In this document: positions 1 through 10,488 of the stretch, in pieces | Layout of the letters: each line of letters begins with the position of its first letter | Numbering within the stretch: position 1 is the first letter of the stretch | Assembly: GCA_963803435.1 (NCBI GenBank) | Contig: CAWDML010000005.1 | Location: forward strand, 128,001-192,000 | Reading direction: 5' to 3' | DNA length: 64,000 nt | Source of the DNA: an uncultured delta proteobacterium | GTDB taxonomy: Bacteria; Myxococcota; Kuafuiibacteriia; Kuafuiibacteriales; Kuafuiibacteriaceae | The notes under the pieces: generated by a model | What the model was told of the DNA's origin: nothing | The model's database searches: none | Seen by the model: only the letters and a program-made list of their open reading frames with translations | Position numbers and translations under genes: made by a program

Positions 1-193
1 GCAGCTCGCCTCCGAAGTGGAGGTCGTCGAGGGCCAGCGAGGAGAGCGAGGCCAGCGCGATCAACATGGCGCCCGCCGCGCCGACCGCGGCGGTGACCCA
101 GACCGGACGGGCCTGAAGGCGCAGCGCCTCGCGCGCGGGACGGTCGAGCGCGTCGAGGACGGACGAAGGAAGGGTACCGAAGGTGGGTTTCAT
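1..193 (-). CDS. Hypothetical membrane protein, runs off window start
   Basis: ATG at 193 (minus) opens MKPTFGTLPSSVLDALDRPAREALRLQARPVRVTAAVGAAGAMLIALASLSSLAL..., open to the edge; divergent from the ligase. Confidence 0.4.
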   Translation of the reverse strand, partial: MKPTFGTLPSSVLDALDRPAREALRLQARPVWVTAAVGAAGAMLIALASLSSLALDDLHFGGEL

Positions 194-358
194 GGCGCGG
201 ACCACGAGCAACAGCTGTGCCGCCGCCCCGCAACCCAGCTTGCCGCGCCGCACCGGGTACGGCGCTGCCCGGCTCGGTCGATCCGTCGATTGATCGTACG
301 AGCTCTACTTCTGGCGCCTCTTGACTGGGGGCTCGCGACTGCCGACTGTCGGCTTCGC

Positions 359-1895
359 ATGTCGCTGAACCTGGCCACGCTGCTCAAGGAAGCGGCGACC
401 AACCACCCGGAACGCGCCGCGGTCATCGTGAACGGCATGGAGATCAGCTACGCCCAGCTCTGGGCATACACGCAGCGGTTCGCCGGCGGGCTCCAGAGTC
501 TGGGGGTCGAGCCCGGCCAGCACGTCGCCGTCATGATCCCGAATACCCCGCACTTCGTGATCGCGTACTACGGCGCGCTGATGGCGGGTTGCTCGGTGGT
601 CCCGTTGAACGTGCTGCTCACCCCCGACGAGATCGCTTACCATCTCGACGACTCCGACGCGGTGGCGCTGGTGGCGTTCGAAATGTTCCTGGATCCGGTG
701 CGCGCCGGCTTCAACCGGGTACCCAGCTGCAAGCACCTGATCATCGCCAAGGCGAACCCGACCGATCTGGAAGCGCCCGAGGGTGCGATCAACATGAGCG
801 CGCTGATCGGGGCGAGCGACCCGATCGTCGAGGTGCCGGCGACGATGCCCGACGACACCGCGGTCATCCTCTACACCTCCGGCACCACCGGCCGGCCCAA
901 GGGCGCCGAGCTCTCGCACTTCAACCTGTTCTACAACGCCGAATACAACGCGAACCGCTTGTTGCGGATGCCTCCGGACGAGCTCGCGGTGGCGCTGGTG
1001 ACCCTGCCGCTCTTCCACAGCTTCGGACAGACGTGCCTGATGAACGCAGGGCTGGTGCGCGGGGGGACTGCCGTGTTGATGCCACGGTTCGATCCCAAGC
1101 AGGCCTTCGAGCTCATCCAGACCCACCGCGTGAACCTCTTCGCGGGCGTGCCCACGATGTACTTCGCGCTGCTCCACTTCCCGGAGGCGGACCAGTACGA
1201 CGTGTCGAGCCTGAAGCGCTGCGTCTCCGGTGGCGCGGCCATGCCGGTCGAGGTGATGCGGGCGTTCGACGAGAAGTACGGCGTCAACATCCTCGAGGGC
1301 TACGGGCTGTCGGAGACCTCGCCGGTGGCCAGCTTCAACGTGCTCGATCGGCCGAAGAAGCCCGGTTCGATCGGTCTGCCGATCTGGGGCGTCGACTTCA
1401 AGCTGGTCGACGAGCAGGGGGAGACGATCACCGCGTCCGGGACGCCGGGCGAGATCTGCATCAAGGGCCACAACGTGATGAAGGGCTACTACAAGCGGCC
1501 CGAGGCCAACCGCGGAGTCGATCGTCGACGGCTGGTTCACGACCGGAGACATCGCCACCCGCGACCACGACGGTTACTACTTCATCGTCGACCGCAAGAA
1601 GGACATGATCATCCGTGGCGGCTTCAACGTGTACCCGCGCGAGATCGAGGAGGTGCTCTATGCCCATCCGGCCGTCGCCGAGGCCGCCGTGATCGGCGTG
1701 CCGGATGAGAGGCTGGGCGAAGAGGTCAAGGCGATCGTCGCGCTCAAGAAGGGCAAGGAAGCGACGGAGTCCGACCTGATCGCCTACTGCAAGGAGCACG
1801 TGGCGCCGTACAAGTATCCGCGAAGTTTCGAGTTCCGGTCCGAGCTGCCCAAGGGGCCTACCGGTAAGATCCTCAAGCGCGCGCTGCGCGGCTGA
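359..1895 (+). CDS. Long-chain fatty acid-CoA ligase (frameshift near 1510)
   Basis: AMP-binding motifs YTSGTTGRPKG and EGYGLSETSP; C-terminal GWFTTGD..RKKDMIIRGGFNVYPREIE..PKGPTGKILKR continues in another frame. Confidence 0.93.
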
Positions 1896-1952
1896 TCGCG
1901 CCTCCGTAATCCGTCGCTCGCCGAGGCCTCGGCACCACACTAGGATGAGGCC

Positions 1953-2126
1953 ATGAGCGCCTTCGAGGAGCGGATCGATCGCTGGATCGACGCGCTCTGC
2001 GCGGGTGTCCGGGTCTTCGAGGACCGCGCGCTCGATCCCCACCTCTTCGAGCCGGCCGTCGACGAGGGTCCGACGGACGAGATCCGCGTCCGGCTCCCGG
2101 CCCCCCGCGTCCCGTCGATGGCTTGA
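1953..2126 (+). CDS. Small hypothetical protein (57 aa)
   Basis: GAGG upstream of ATG 1953; stop TGA overlaps the next ATG (TGATG). Confidence 0.4.
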   Translation: MSAFEERIDRWIDALCAGVRVFEDRALDPHLFEPAVDEGPTDEIRVRLPAPRVPSMA

Positions 2127-2971
2127 TGCGGCACCTCAAGCGGATCCTCGCCCTCCTGATCGGCGTCCACGCGCTCCTGCTCCTCGGGCTGGTGTACCTG
2201 CACTTCCATCAGGAGCTCCTGGTGTTTCAACCGTTCGGCGGCGTGCGGAGCCACCCCGAGGACTACGGGGTGCCGTGCGAGGAGGTGTTTCTCGGGACCT
2301 CCGACGGGGTCCGCCTGCACGGCTGGTTCCTCTCGAAGCCCCAACCGCGGGGGACCGTCCTCTACTTTCACGGGAACGCCGGCAACATCACCGACCGCCG
2401 ACTGGCGCTGGACGGGCTGCTCGCCCTGGACTTCGACGTGTTCATCTTCGACTACCGCGGGTTCGGAGCGAGCACCGGATCGCCCACCGAGGCCGGCACG
2501 TACGTCGATGCCGCGCGCGCCTGGTCGTACCTGGTCGACGAGCGGCGGATCCCCCCTGATCGGGTGGTACTCTGGGGGCGATCCCTCGGCGGTGCCATCG
2601 CAACCCAGCTTGCGACGAAGGTAAAGCCGGCCGCGCTGGTCCTGGAGTCGACGTTCACGTCGCTCCCCGATCTCAGCGACGAGCTCTATTGGATCCCCGA
2701 CAAGTCTTGGGTGAAGGTGCAGTACCCGACGTTGAAGCGGATCGAGCGCATCACCGTTCCCTACCTGGAGGCTCATTCCAAGACAGACGACCTCATCGGG
2801 TATCACCATGGGCTCGCGCTGTTCGCCGCCTGTCCCAGCGGGCACAAGCGGTTCATCGAGATCGGTGGAACCCATCGCAGTGGTCATCTCACCCAGCGCG
2901 CGTATCGTGAGCGGGTGCACGCGTTCTTCCAGGAGATCCTGCCGCTACCCCCGCCCGAACAAATCGATTGA
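2126..2971 (+). CDS. Alpha/beta hydrolase (ABHD17/Bem46-like), N-terminal membrane anchor
   Basis: YFHGNAGNI, DYRGFGASTGSPTEAG, GRSLGG nucleophile elbow. Confidence 0.9.
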   Translation: MRHLKRILALLIGVHALLLLGLVYLHFHQELLVFQPFGGVRSHPEDYGVPCEEVFLGTSDGVRLHGWFLSKPQPRGTVLYFHGNAGNITDRRLALDGLLALDFDVFIFDYRGFGASTGSPTEAGTYVDAARAWSYLVDERRIPPDRVVLWGRSLGGAIATQLATKVKPAALVLESTFTSLPDLSDELYWIPDKSWVKVQYPTLKRIERITVPYLEAHSKTDDLIGYHHGLALFAACPSGHKRFIEIGGTHRSGHLTQRAYRERVHAFFQEILPLPPPEQID

Positions 2972-3597
2972 CGGACCGAACGAGCGTTCGGCAGCCTGCG
3001 TCCGTGGTTCGAAAGCCGCTGGCGGCCAAGGTTGCGCGACGGGCGCGAAATGCCGGCCGGCAGCGCCTCGACATCGTCCGGGCCGCCGCGCGGTGCTTCG
3101 TGCAAGCAGGGTTCGAGTCCACCACGATGCGGGCGATCGCCGACGAGTGTGGGTTCACCGCGTCCTCGCTCTACACGTACTTCGAGAGCAAGGACGAGAT
3201 CTTCAAGGCGCTCTCCGCCGAGGTCGAGCAGCGCTTCCTCGCGGTGTTCGAACGCCCCTTCCCGCGGGACCTGGCGTTCCAGCAGCGGACCGAGCTCCTC
3301 ATGATGCGGTTCCTCGAGGCGGCCCAGGAAGACTACGACTCGCTGGTGTTCCTCTCCAGCACGTCCGGGCGCGAGGCGACGGCCGACCTCCCCTTCATCC
3401 AGGCGTTCTCCCGCTGGATCGACCGGCATTCGACGAAGAAGGAGCGCGGCGGTCACTCGGCCGACGACACCGCCTTCTATGTCTGGGGCGTCATGCAGGC
3501 GTTCTTCCTGCAGTGGCTCTCGGAAGGGTCGCGCGAGCGGTTGGGGAACAAAGTGCCGATGATCGTCAACTTGATCTTCAGAGGCTTGAGCCGATGA
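2968..3597 (+). CDS. TetR/AcrR family regulator
   Basis: HTH GFESTTMRAIADECGFTASSLYTYFESKDEI; precedes the efflux genes. Confidence 0.9.
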   Translation: MTDRTSVRQPASVVRKPLAAKVARRARNAGRQRLDIVRAAARCFVQAGFESTTMRAIADECGFTASSLYTYFESKDEIFKALSAEVEQRFLAVFERPFPRDLAFQQRTELLMMRFLEAAQEDYDSLVFLSSTSGREATADLPFIQAFSRWIDRHSTKKERGGHSADDTAFYVWGVMQAFFLQWLSEGSRERLGNKVPMIVNLIFRGLSR

Positions 3598-4931
3598 GCA
3601 CATGGATTTGGTTATTGGGCGGGCTGGCGGCAGCCGGCGGTGCCTCGGACGTGCTCGAGGCTTTGGCCCCGACACCGGGCGGGCTCACCACGCAGCAGGC
3701 GATCGAGATGGCGCTCCGTACCTCGCCGAGCGTGGAGAAGGCCGAGGCGGAGTACCGGAGCCGCGCGTCCGACGCGAGCATCGCGTTCCTGGGCTTCGCG
3801 CCGCGGTTCGACGGGCTGGCCGGCTACACCCGGCTGAGCCCGGTGGTGCCGAATGATCCACTCCTGGCGATGGTGTTTCCGAAGACGGTGAACAACTACT
3901 CGCTCCGCGCCACCATGTCGGTGCCGGTGAGCGATTGGTTCCTGACGGTGATTCACGAGTACGACGCCAGCTTCGCCGCCGAGGAGGCCGCCAAGCAGCA
4001 GGCGCGCGCCACGCGCGAGGGGGTGGCGCTGTCGGCGGTGATGGCGTTCCTCAACGCGGTCCGGGCCCGTGCCGCCCAGATCGTGGTCCTGAAGTCGGTC
4101 GAGGTGCTCTCGGCACAGCTCGAGGATCTGACGCAGCTGGAGGCGGCCGGCCTGATCACCGAAGGCGACGTCCTCCAGGTCCGCGCGCAGCTCGCCAGCG
4201 CCAGGGTGCAGCTCGAGCAGGCAAAGGGTCTGGTCGAGGTGACCCGCGAGACCCTCCGTCGCACCATCCACAACGACGACGTCGTGCTCGAGCACGGCGA
4301 GGATCTTCTCGGCCTGCTCGATCGGGAGGTGCCCTCGGAGAAGGCGGCGCTCGCCCAGGCGCTCGAAGAGCGGGCCGAGGTGCACGCGCTCGAGAAAGTC
4401 ATCGAGGGACGGATGGATCAGGTCGCGTTCACACGGGGGCGCGTCTTCCCCCGGCTCACGGTCGACGGACAGGCAGAGTACGCGAAGCCCAACCAGCGGA
4501 CCTTCTACAATCCGTCGCACTTCAACGCCACCTGGAGCGTCGGTGTCTTCCTGGGCTGGTCGCCGAACGACGCCATCCACTCCTGGTCGGACGCGGACAA
4601 GGCCGAGCAGCAGGTGGCGGCCGCCCGCGCCGATCTGGCCGAGGTCTCCGATGCGATCGCGATCGAGGTCTCGAGGGCGGTCAGCACCTATCGCGCCGCG
4701 CGCGGATCGATCGGCGCCGCCAAGGAGGCCGTCGATGCCGCCGAGGGCGCGTTCGCCGATCGAGAGAAGCTCCTGTCGGCGGGCGGCGGCACTACGCGCG
4801 AGCTCTTGCTGTCCGAGCAGGATCTGCGGCGTGCCCAGCTTCAGCTCATCAACGCGCACCTCGATCTTCGGCTCGCGCTGGCAAGCCTGGATCGCGCGCT
4901 CGGCCAGCTGGTGAAGGAGAGTAACCCATGA
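3594..4931 (+). CDS. TolC family outer membrane efflux protein
   Basis: Signal peptide MSTWIWLLGGLAAAG, OEP helical repeats, overlaps the MFP start. Confidence 0.88.
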   Translation: MSTWIWLLGGLAAAGGASDVLEALAPTPGGLTTQQAIEMALRTSPSVEKAEAEYRSRASDASIAFLGFAPRFDGLAGYTRLSPVVPNDPLLAMVFPKTVNNYSLRATMSVPVSDWFLTVIHEYDASFAAEEAAKQQARATREGVALSAVMAFLNAVRARAAQIVVLKSVEVLSAQLEDLTQLEAAGLITEGDVLQVRAQLASARVQLEQAKGLVEVTRETLRRTIHNDDVVLEHGEDLLGLLDREVPSEKAALAQALEERAEVHALEKVIEGRMDQVAFTRGRVFPRLTVDGQAEYAKPNQRTFYNPSHFNATWSVGVFLGWSPNDAIHSWSDADKAEQQVAAARADLAEVSDAIAIEVSRAVSTYRAARGSIGAAKEAVDAAEGAFADREKLLSAGGGTTRELLLSEQDLRRAQLQLINAHLDLRLALASLDRALGQLVKESNP

Positions 4932-6010
4932 GGCGTTGGATCGTTCTTGTCGTGCTCACGGGAGTGGCGTGCTCCAGCGCCGAGGGCAAGGAGCAGCCGG
5001 AGAAGAAGGCGGCCACCGAGAAGGTCGCGCCCAAGTCGCGCGCCGTTCGGGTCGAGGTCGCGGCGATCGCCGAGTCGCATCCGACGCTCGACCTGGTGCT
5101 CCCGGGTGAGGTCGAAGGTTCGCGCGAGTCGATGCTCGCGTCGCCCAACGGCGGCGTGGTCGAGCGGGTGCTGGCCGACGTCGGCGATCGGGTGAAGGCG
5201 GGGCAGGCCCTGGCCTGGGTGAACAAGTCCCTCCTCGACGTCCAGCTCGAGCAAGCCAAGGTGCAGCTCGACATGACCGGGAGCGACTTCGAGATGGTCG
5301 AGCGCGCCGGCAAGAGCCTTCCGAAGTCGCGCCGCGACGCTGCGCAGTTCCAGAAGCAGGCCGCCGAGGTTCAATACAAGCTCGCCGAGCTCAACGCGCA
5401 GCGTGCGGTCGTCCGGGCCCCGTTCTCGGGCGTGATCGCTGCCCGCCGGGTCGAGCAGGGTGAGGTCCTTCCGCCCGGCGGTCCGGTGATGCGGCTGGTG
5501 AGCGTGGATCCGCTCCACGTGTCGCTCTCGGTGTCGGATCGCGACGTCATCAATCTGGCGCTCAAGATGCCGGCGAAGATCTCGACCGAGGCCGGCGCCA
5601 GCATCTACGAGGGCCGCATCCACCAGATCAGCCCGGCGGCGGACCTCGATACGCGCACGTTCGAGGTGCTGGTCGAGGTCGACGATCCGAAGGGCTTGCG
5701 CCCTGGGATGATCGCCACCGTGCGGATCTCGGTGGCCGTCGAGGGCGATCAACTGGCGATCCCGCAGTACGTGTTGGTGACGCGGCTCGACGGCAACGGC
5801 GTGTTCATCGACGACCACAGCGTGGCGCGCTGGCGCCCGCTCCAGCTCGGGCGCGTGGTCCGCGGTCAGGTGATCGTGGAGTCGGGGATCGGCGCGGGCG
5901 ATCGCGTGGTGGTGACCGGACACCGTGAGCTTCAGGACGGCGATCCGCTGATCGTGGCCCGCGAGGGTCAATGCTGCACGAACGGGCAGATCGCCTTCGA
6001 GGGTGAGTGA
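4928..6010 (+). CDS. RND efflux periplasmic adaptor (MFP), lipoprotein
   Basis: Lipobox GVAC; VRAPFSGVI, ISPAADLDTRTFEV, LRPGMIA. Confidence 0.92.
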   Translation: MRRWIVLVVLTGVACSSAEGKEQPEKKAATEKVAPKSRAVRVEVAAIAESHPTLDLVLPGEVEGSRESMLASPNGGVVERVLADVGDRVKAGQALAWVNKSLLDVQLEQAKVQLDMTGSDFEMVERAGKSLPKSRRDAAQFQKQAAEVQYKLAELNAQRAVVRAPFSGVIAARRVEQGEVLPPGGPVMRLVSVDPLHVSLSVSDRDVINLALKMPAKISTEAGASIYEGRIHQISPAADLDTRTFEVLVEVDDPKGLRPGMIATVRISVAVEGDQLAIPQYVLVTRLDGNGVFIDDHSVARWRPLQLGRVVRGQVIVESGIGAGDRVVVTGHRELQDGDPLIVAREGQCCTNGQIAFEGE

Positions 6011-9000
6011 TGCTGCGGAAGTTGATCGAGCGAGGCTCACTGGTCTGGCTGGTGGTCGCCTGTATCTCCATCTTCGGGTTGAAGACCTATCTGTCCCTGC
6101 CGCGCGAGGCGGCGCCCGACATCGAGATCCCCGTCATCATGGTGACGACGCCGTACCTGGGCGTTGCGCCGAAAGACATCGAGACTCTCATCACCATCCC
6201 GATCGAGAACGAGCTGGCGTCGCTCAAGGACGTCAAGAAGATGTCGTCCACCTCGGCGGAGGGCGTCAGCCTGATCTCGCTCGAGTTCGAGCCCGAGGTC
6301 GTGATCGAGGACGCGCTCCAGCGGGTGCGCGATCGGGTGAACCGTGCCCGCTCGAAGGTCCCGCAGGAGGCCGACGACACCGACATCCGCGAGATCAGCT
6401 TCGACGACTTTCCGATCCTGATCGTGACGCTGGCCGGCCCGGTCGACTCGCAGCGGCTCAAGCGCATCGGCGAGGACTTCGCCGACGAGGTCCGGCGCAT
6501 CCCGGGCGTGCTGGAGGCGAACGTCAACGGTGGCCGGGAGCGGGAGATCGCGGTCCTGGTCGATCCGTTCCGGCTCCAGCACTTCGGGCTGGGGTTGAAC
6601 GACGTCATCAACGCGATCGACGCCGAGAACGTCAACATCCCGGGCGGCGACGTCACCACCGGCGACGCGCGCTTCCTGCTGCGCGTGCCCGGTGAGTTCG
6701 GACAGGCCAAGGAGATCGAGAACGTCGCGATCAAGAGAGTCGGCGATCGACCCGTGTTCGTGCGCGACGTGGCCCGTGTCGACGACGGCCTCGCCGACCC
6801 GCAGAGCTATGCCCGGATGAATGGCGCCTCCGCGGTCTCGATCGCGGTCACCAAGCGCTCGGGCTCCAACCTGCTGGAGATCGCGGACGCCGTGAAGGCG
6901 CTGGCCGCCGAGCGCGCCCCCGGCTGGCCGAAGGGCGTCACATACCGGGCCCTGGGCGATGCCTCCAAGGTGGTCCGCAACATGGTCTCCGATCTGGAGA
7001 ACGGCATCATCACGGCGCTGATCCTGGTGATCGGCGTGCTCGTCTTCGCGATGGGCCCACGCAGCAGCCTGTTCGTCGCGGTCTCGATCCCGCTCTCGAT
7101 GTTGCTCGGGATCCTCGTGCTCGCCTCATTCGGCTACACGCTCAACATGATCGTTTTGTTCTCGTTGATCCTGGCGCTGGGCATGCTCGTCGACAACTCG
7201 ATCGTCGTCTGCGAGAACATCTATCGCCACGCGCAGCTGGGAAAGAGCTTCGTCGAGGCGTCGATCGACGGCGCCTCCGAGGTCGCGATGGCGGTGGCCG
7301 CCTCGACCGCGACAACAGTGGTGGCGTTCGTTCCCCTCGTGTTCTGGTCTGGCATCATGGGCCAGTTCATGGGCTACCTGCCGGTCACCGTGATCGTGGT
7401 GCTCTCGGCGTCGCTCCTGGTGGCGCTGACCGTGCTCCCGGTGCTGACCGCCCGGCTGGGGAAGACCAGCTCCAAGATGTTGATCGACGAGAGCGGTGTC
7501 CCGCGGAACGCGATCATGCGGCGGTACCAGCGAATGCTCGAGGTCTCGATCGACCACCGGTACGTGTCCTTCGGGATCGGGATGGCCGCGCTGATCGGGA
7601 CCTTCCTGGCCTACGGCAAGCTCAACCATGGCACGGAGTTCTTCCCTGCCACCGAGCCGAACCGGGCGGTGATCACGGTGCGGGCCCCGGACGGGACGGA
7701 CCTGGAGGCGACCGACGCGCTGGTGCGTCAGATCGAGTCCGTCCTGCAGTCGGAGGAGAACGTGGACGTCTACGTCGCCGAGGTCGGCGTCGGCGGCGAC
7801 ATCTTCAACTCGCAGAGCGCGACCAACCAGGCGCGCATCACCGTGGACTTCCTGCCGGACAAGGCCTCCGCGAAGGAGGGCGAGAAGATCCGCGTCGAGC
7901 CCACGACCGAGACCATCGACCGGGTCCGCCACGCGGTGGCAGAGATCGCCGGGGCTGAGATCGTGGTGGACAAGGAGCGCATGGGACCGCCGGTGGGCGC
8001 GCCGGTCGCGGTGGAGGTGACCGGCGACGAATTCAACCAGGTCGGAGATCTGTCGGCTCGGGTTCGGCGCGAGCTGGCCGAGATCCCCGGCGTGACGGAC
8101 CTCCGCGACGACTATCGGGTGGGCCGGCCCGAGCTCCGCCTGCGGATCGACCGGGGTGCGGCCAAGCGCATCGGCGTCGACACGCGGACGATCGCCACCA
8201 CCGTCCGGACCGCGGTGGCCGGCACCAAGGCGAGCGTGATCCGGGACGGCGACGATGAGTACGACATCAAGGTGAAGTTCGCGCCGGAGTTCCGCAGCGA
8301 TCTCCAGTCCGTGCTGTCGCTGCGGGTGCCGGGCAAGCTCGACACCAGCCCCAAGACGTTCCCAGTGCCGATCTCCACGATCGCGTCCTATCAGCTGGCC
8401 GGCGGCAGCGGCTCGATCCGCCACCTCGATCAAAAGTTGGTGGTCACCATCACCGGTCAGGTCGAGGAGGGGATGAACGAGAATGCGGTGCGCGGAGGTG
8501 TGGAGAAGTACATCAAGACGGCCAAGGCCCCGCAGGGCTTCGCGCTGCGACTCGGCGGCGCCAACGACGAGCAGCGGGCCGCCACCACCTTTTTGGGAAA
8601 CGCCTTTCTCATCGCCGTGTTCCTCATCGCCATCGTGCTGGTCATGGAGTTCAACCGCTTCGACCTGCCGTTCATCATCCTCATCACGGTGATCTTGTCC
8701 CTGATCGGGGTCCTCTGGGGCCTGATCATCACCGGTACGCCCTTCGGGGTGATGATGACCGGCCTGGGGGTCATCTCGCTGGCCGGCGTGGTGGTGAACA
8801 ACGCGATCGTCCTCCTCGACTACGTCCAGCAGCTACGGGCCAGCGGGTTGCCCGAGCGCGAGGCCCTGGTGAAGGCCGGTCTCACCCGCTTCCGGCCGGT
8901 GATGCTCACCGCGATCACCACGGTGCTGGGCCTGGTCCCGATGGCGCTCGGCATCTCGTTCGACTTCTTCAAGCTCGAGTGGGTGGTGGGCGCGCGGAGC

Positions 9001-9201
9001 GCTCAGTTCTGGGGCCCGATGGCGATCGCCGTCAGCTTCGGACTGGGCGTCGCGACGATCCTGACCCTGGTGATGGTGCCGACGCTCTACTCCATCCTCG
9101 AGGACGGCCGGCACCTCCGGCACCGGATCGGCGGCACGGCCGCCCGCTGGCTCAAGCGCGCACCCGCCCGACCGCGAAGCTCGGTCGTCGAGTCGGACTG
9201 A
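6010..9201 (+). CDS. RND efflux permease (AcrB/AcrD/AcrF family)
   Basis: ~1063 aa; GMLVDNSIVVCENI, GVVVNNAIVLLD, RFRPVMLTAITTVLGLVPMA. Confidence 0.95.
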   Translation: MLRKLIERGSLVWLVVACISIFGLKTYLSLPREAAPDIEIPVIMVTTPYLGVAPKDIETLITIPIENELASLKDVKKMSSTSAEGVSLISLEFEPEVVIEDALQRVRDRVNRARSKVPQEADDTDIREISFDDFPILIVTLAGPVDSQRLKRIGEDFADEVRRIPGVLEANVNGGREREIAVLVDPFRLQHFGLGLNDVINAIDAENVNIPGGDVTTGDARFLLRVPGEFGQAKEIENVAIKRVGDRPVFVRDVARVDDGLADPQSYARMNGASAVSIAVTKRSGSNLLEIADAVKALAAERAPGWPKGVTYRALGDASKVVRNMVSDLENGIITALILVIGVLVFAMGPRSSLFVAVSIPLSMLLGILVLASFGYTLNMIVLFSLILALGMLVDNSIVVCENIYRHAQLGKSFVEASIDGASEVAMAVAASTATTVVAFVPLVFWSGIMGQFMGYLPVTVIVVLSASLLVALTVLPVLTARLGKTSSKMLIDESGVPRNAIMRRYQRMLEVSIDHRYVSFGIGMAALIGTFLAYGKLNHGTEFFPATEPNRAVITVRAPDGTDLEATDALVRQIESVLQSEENVDVYVAEVGVGGDIFNSQSATNQARITVDFLPDKASAKEGEKIRVEPTTETIDRVRHAVAEIAGAEIVVDKERMGPPVGAPVAVEVTGDEFNQVGDLSARVRRELAEIPGVTDLRDDYRVGRPELRLRIDRGAAKRIGVDTRTIATTVRTAVAGTKASVIRDGDDEYDIKVKFAPEFRSDLQSVLSLRVPGKLDTSPKTFPVPISTIASYQLAGGSGSIRHLDQKLVVTITGQVEEGMNENAVRGGVEKYIKTAKAPQGFALRLGGANDEQRAATTFLGNAFLIAVFLIAIVLVMEFNRFDLPFIILITVILSLIGVLWGLIITGTPFGVMMTGLGVISLAGVVVNNAIVLLDYVQQLRASGLPEREALVKAGLTRFRPVMLTAITTVLGLVPMALGISFDFFKLEWVVGARSAQFWGPMAIAVSFGLGVATILTLVMVPTLYSILEDGRHLRHRIGGTAARWLKRAPARPRSSVVESD

Positions 9202-9294
9202 GTGTTGTCCCCGCGCATCTCTGCTCATGCGCGGGGTGTTTCGGATGAGTACGTTCCCTATCAGGACACCTCGGCCGCATGAGACCCTGATCCG

Positions 9295-10473
9295 GTGGTA
9301 CAAGCCCCGTCGCTCGGTTCGCTTCTCGAGGAAGAGCTCAGCCTCGAGGAGCGCCGGTTGCTCGAGCTGGCGGCGCGCCTCGAAGAGCGCGGTTTGCGAG
9401 CGGAATCGCACCACGCCTACTGGGATGTCCTGGCCATCAATCCTCGGAACCGAGCGGCGCAAGCTGCCTTGCGACGGCTGAAGGGTGAGGTGACAGTCAC
9501 CGGGCTCGTTCCTCCGCCCGTGGAACAGTCGCAGCTCGACGAGCTCGACGAGTCGGAGATCATCGAGCTGGTCAAACCCGAGCCGCGCCCGGATCCACCG
9601 CCGCCGCGCTTGCGCAGCGAGGTCATCCGGATCCCGAATCGTACGGGCGTACGCGATCGATCGATCGCGAGGCCGCCGCCGCCGAAGCGGATCGAGCAGG
9701 AGGTGATCGCGGAGATCACCGGCGATCTCGATGCACCCGATCCGCGGGGTCGCATGCGCGCGCGGGTGGCGTTGGGCGTTCTCATGCTGGCGGTGATCGG
9801 GCTCTTGGCGATGGTCTGGGATACGCGGCGCGAGCTGAGCTCGCTGTCCACCGAGCTCCGTGCGCAACGGCCGGCGGCGGCGTCGGGCGCGCCGCAGACG
9901 ATCGCGTTGACGTTCGGTCCGGCCACCTCCATCGAGTACGAGGCGCCCGTCGCCGGCGTGGTGACGTCGCGCGCCGATCCAGGCCAGCTGCTTCAGCCCG
10001 GCGATCTGGTGGCTGAGATCATGAACGCGGGCGACTATCGCCGGCTGGTCCGGGCGCGTGCGAAGCACCGATGGCTGCGGCGTCGGGCCGGACGGAGCGC
10101 CGCGCTCGAGGCGAAGGCCGACGAGGCCCGCGACGAGGCGCTCCAGTTGCTCAAGCGGGGGCGGCGCTCGTACGTCCGCGCCGCGCAGCGCGGGATTGCA
10201 CGGCCGTTGCTCGACCTGCGGCGCGTGCAGACCGGCGAGCTGCTGATGCGTCTGGATGATCCAGCCACGCTGAGCGCCGAGCTCCCCGCGGGCGCTGGAC
10301 TCGCCGCCGGCGCCGTCTGCCGTTTCACGGGCGAGGCGGCGAAGGAGGACTGCAAGCTGGTGTTCGAGCGTGGCGCCACCGGCGAGCGCGTCAGAGTGCT
10401 CCTTTCGAACGAAGGGGGCCGCTTCCTGCCAGGCCAGACGGTCGAGGTGACGATCGAGCCTGCCGTCCATTAG
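9295..10473 (+). CDS. Membrane protein: TPR-like N-terminus, Pro-rich linker, TM helix, HlyD/MFP-like C-terminus
   Basis: YWDVLAINPRNRAAQAALRRL; TM VALGVLMLAVIGLLAMVW; EAPVAGVV..PGDLVAEI, RAAQRG..VQTGELLMRL, FLPGQTVEV. Confidence 0.6.
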   Translation: MVQAPSLGSLLEEELSLEERRLLELAARLEERGLRAESHHAYWDVLAINPRNRAAQAALRRLKGEVTVTGLVPPPVEQSQLDELDESEIIELVKPEPRPDPPPPRLRSEVIRIPNRTGVRDRSIARPPPPKRIEQEVIAEITGDLDAPDPRGRMRARVALGVLMLAVIGLLAMVWDTRRELSSLSTELRAQRPAAASGAPQTIALTFGPATSIEYEAPVAGVVTSRADPGQLLQPGDLVAEIMNAGDYRRLVRARAKHRWLRRRAGRSAALEAKADEARDEALQLLKRGRRSYVRAAQRGIARPLLDLRRVQTGELLMRLDDPATLSAELPAGAGLAAGAVCRFTGEAAKEDCKLVFERGATGERVRVLLSNEGGRFLPGQTVEVTIEPAVH

Positions 10474-10488
10474 GATGGCCCCTTGAAC

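Noticed and set aside
17-358. N-terminal extension of the acyl-CoA ligase in the ORF track
   Set aside because: Homology-like sequence begins at MSLNLA (359); the upstream part overlaps a probable divergent gene
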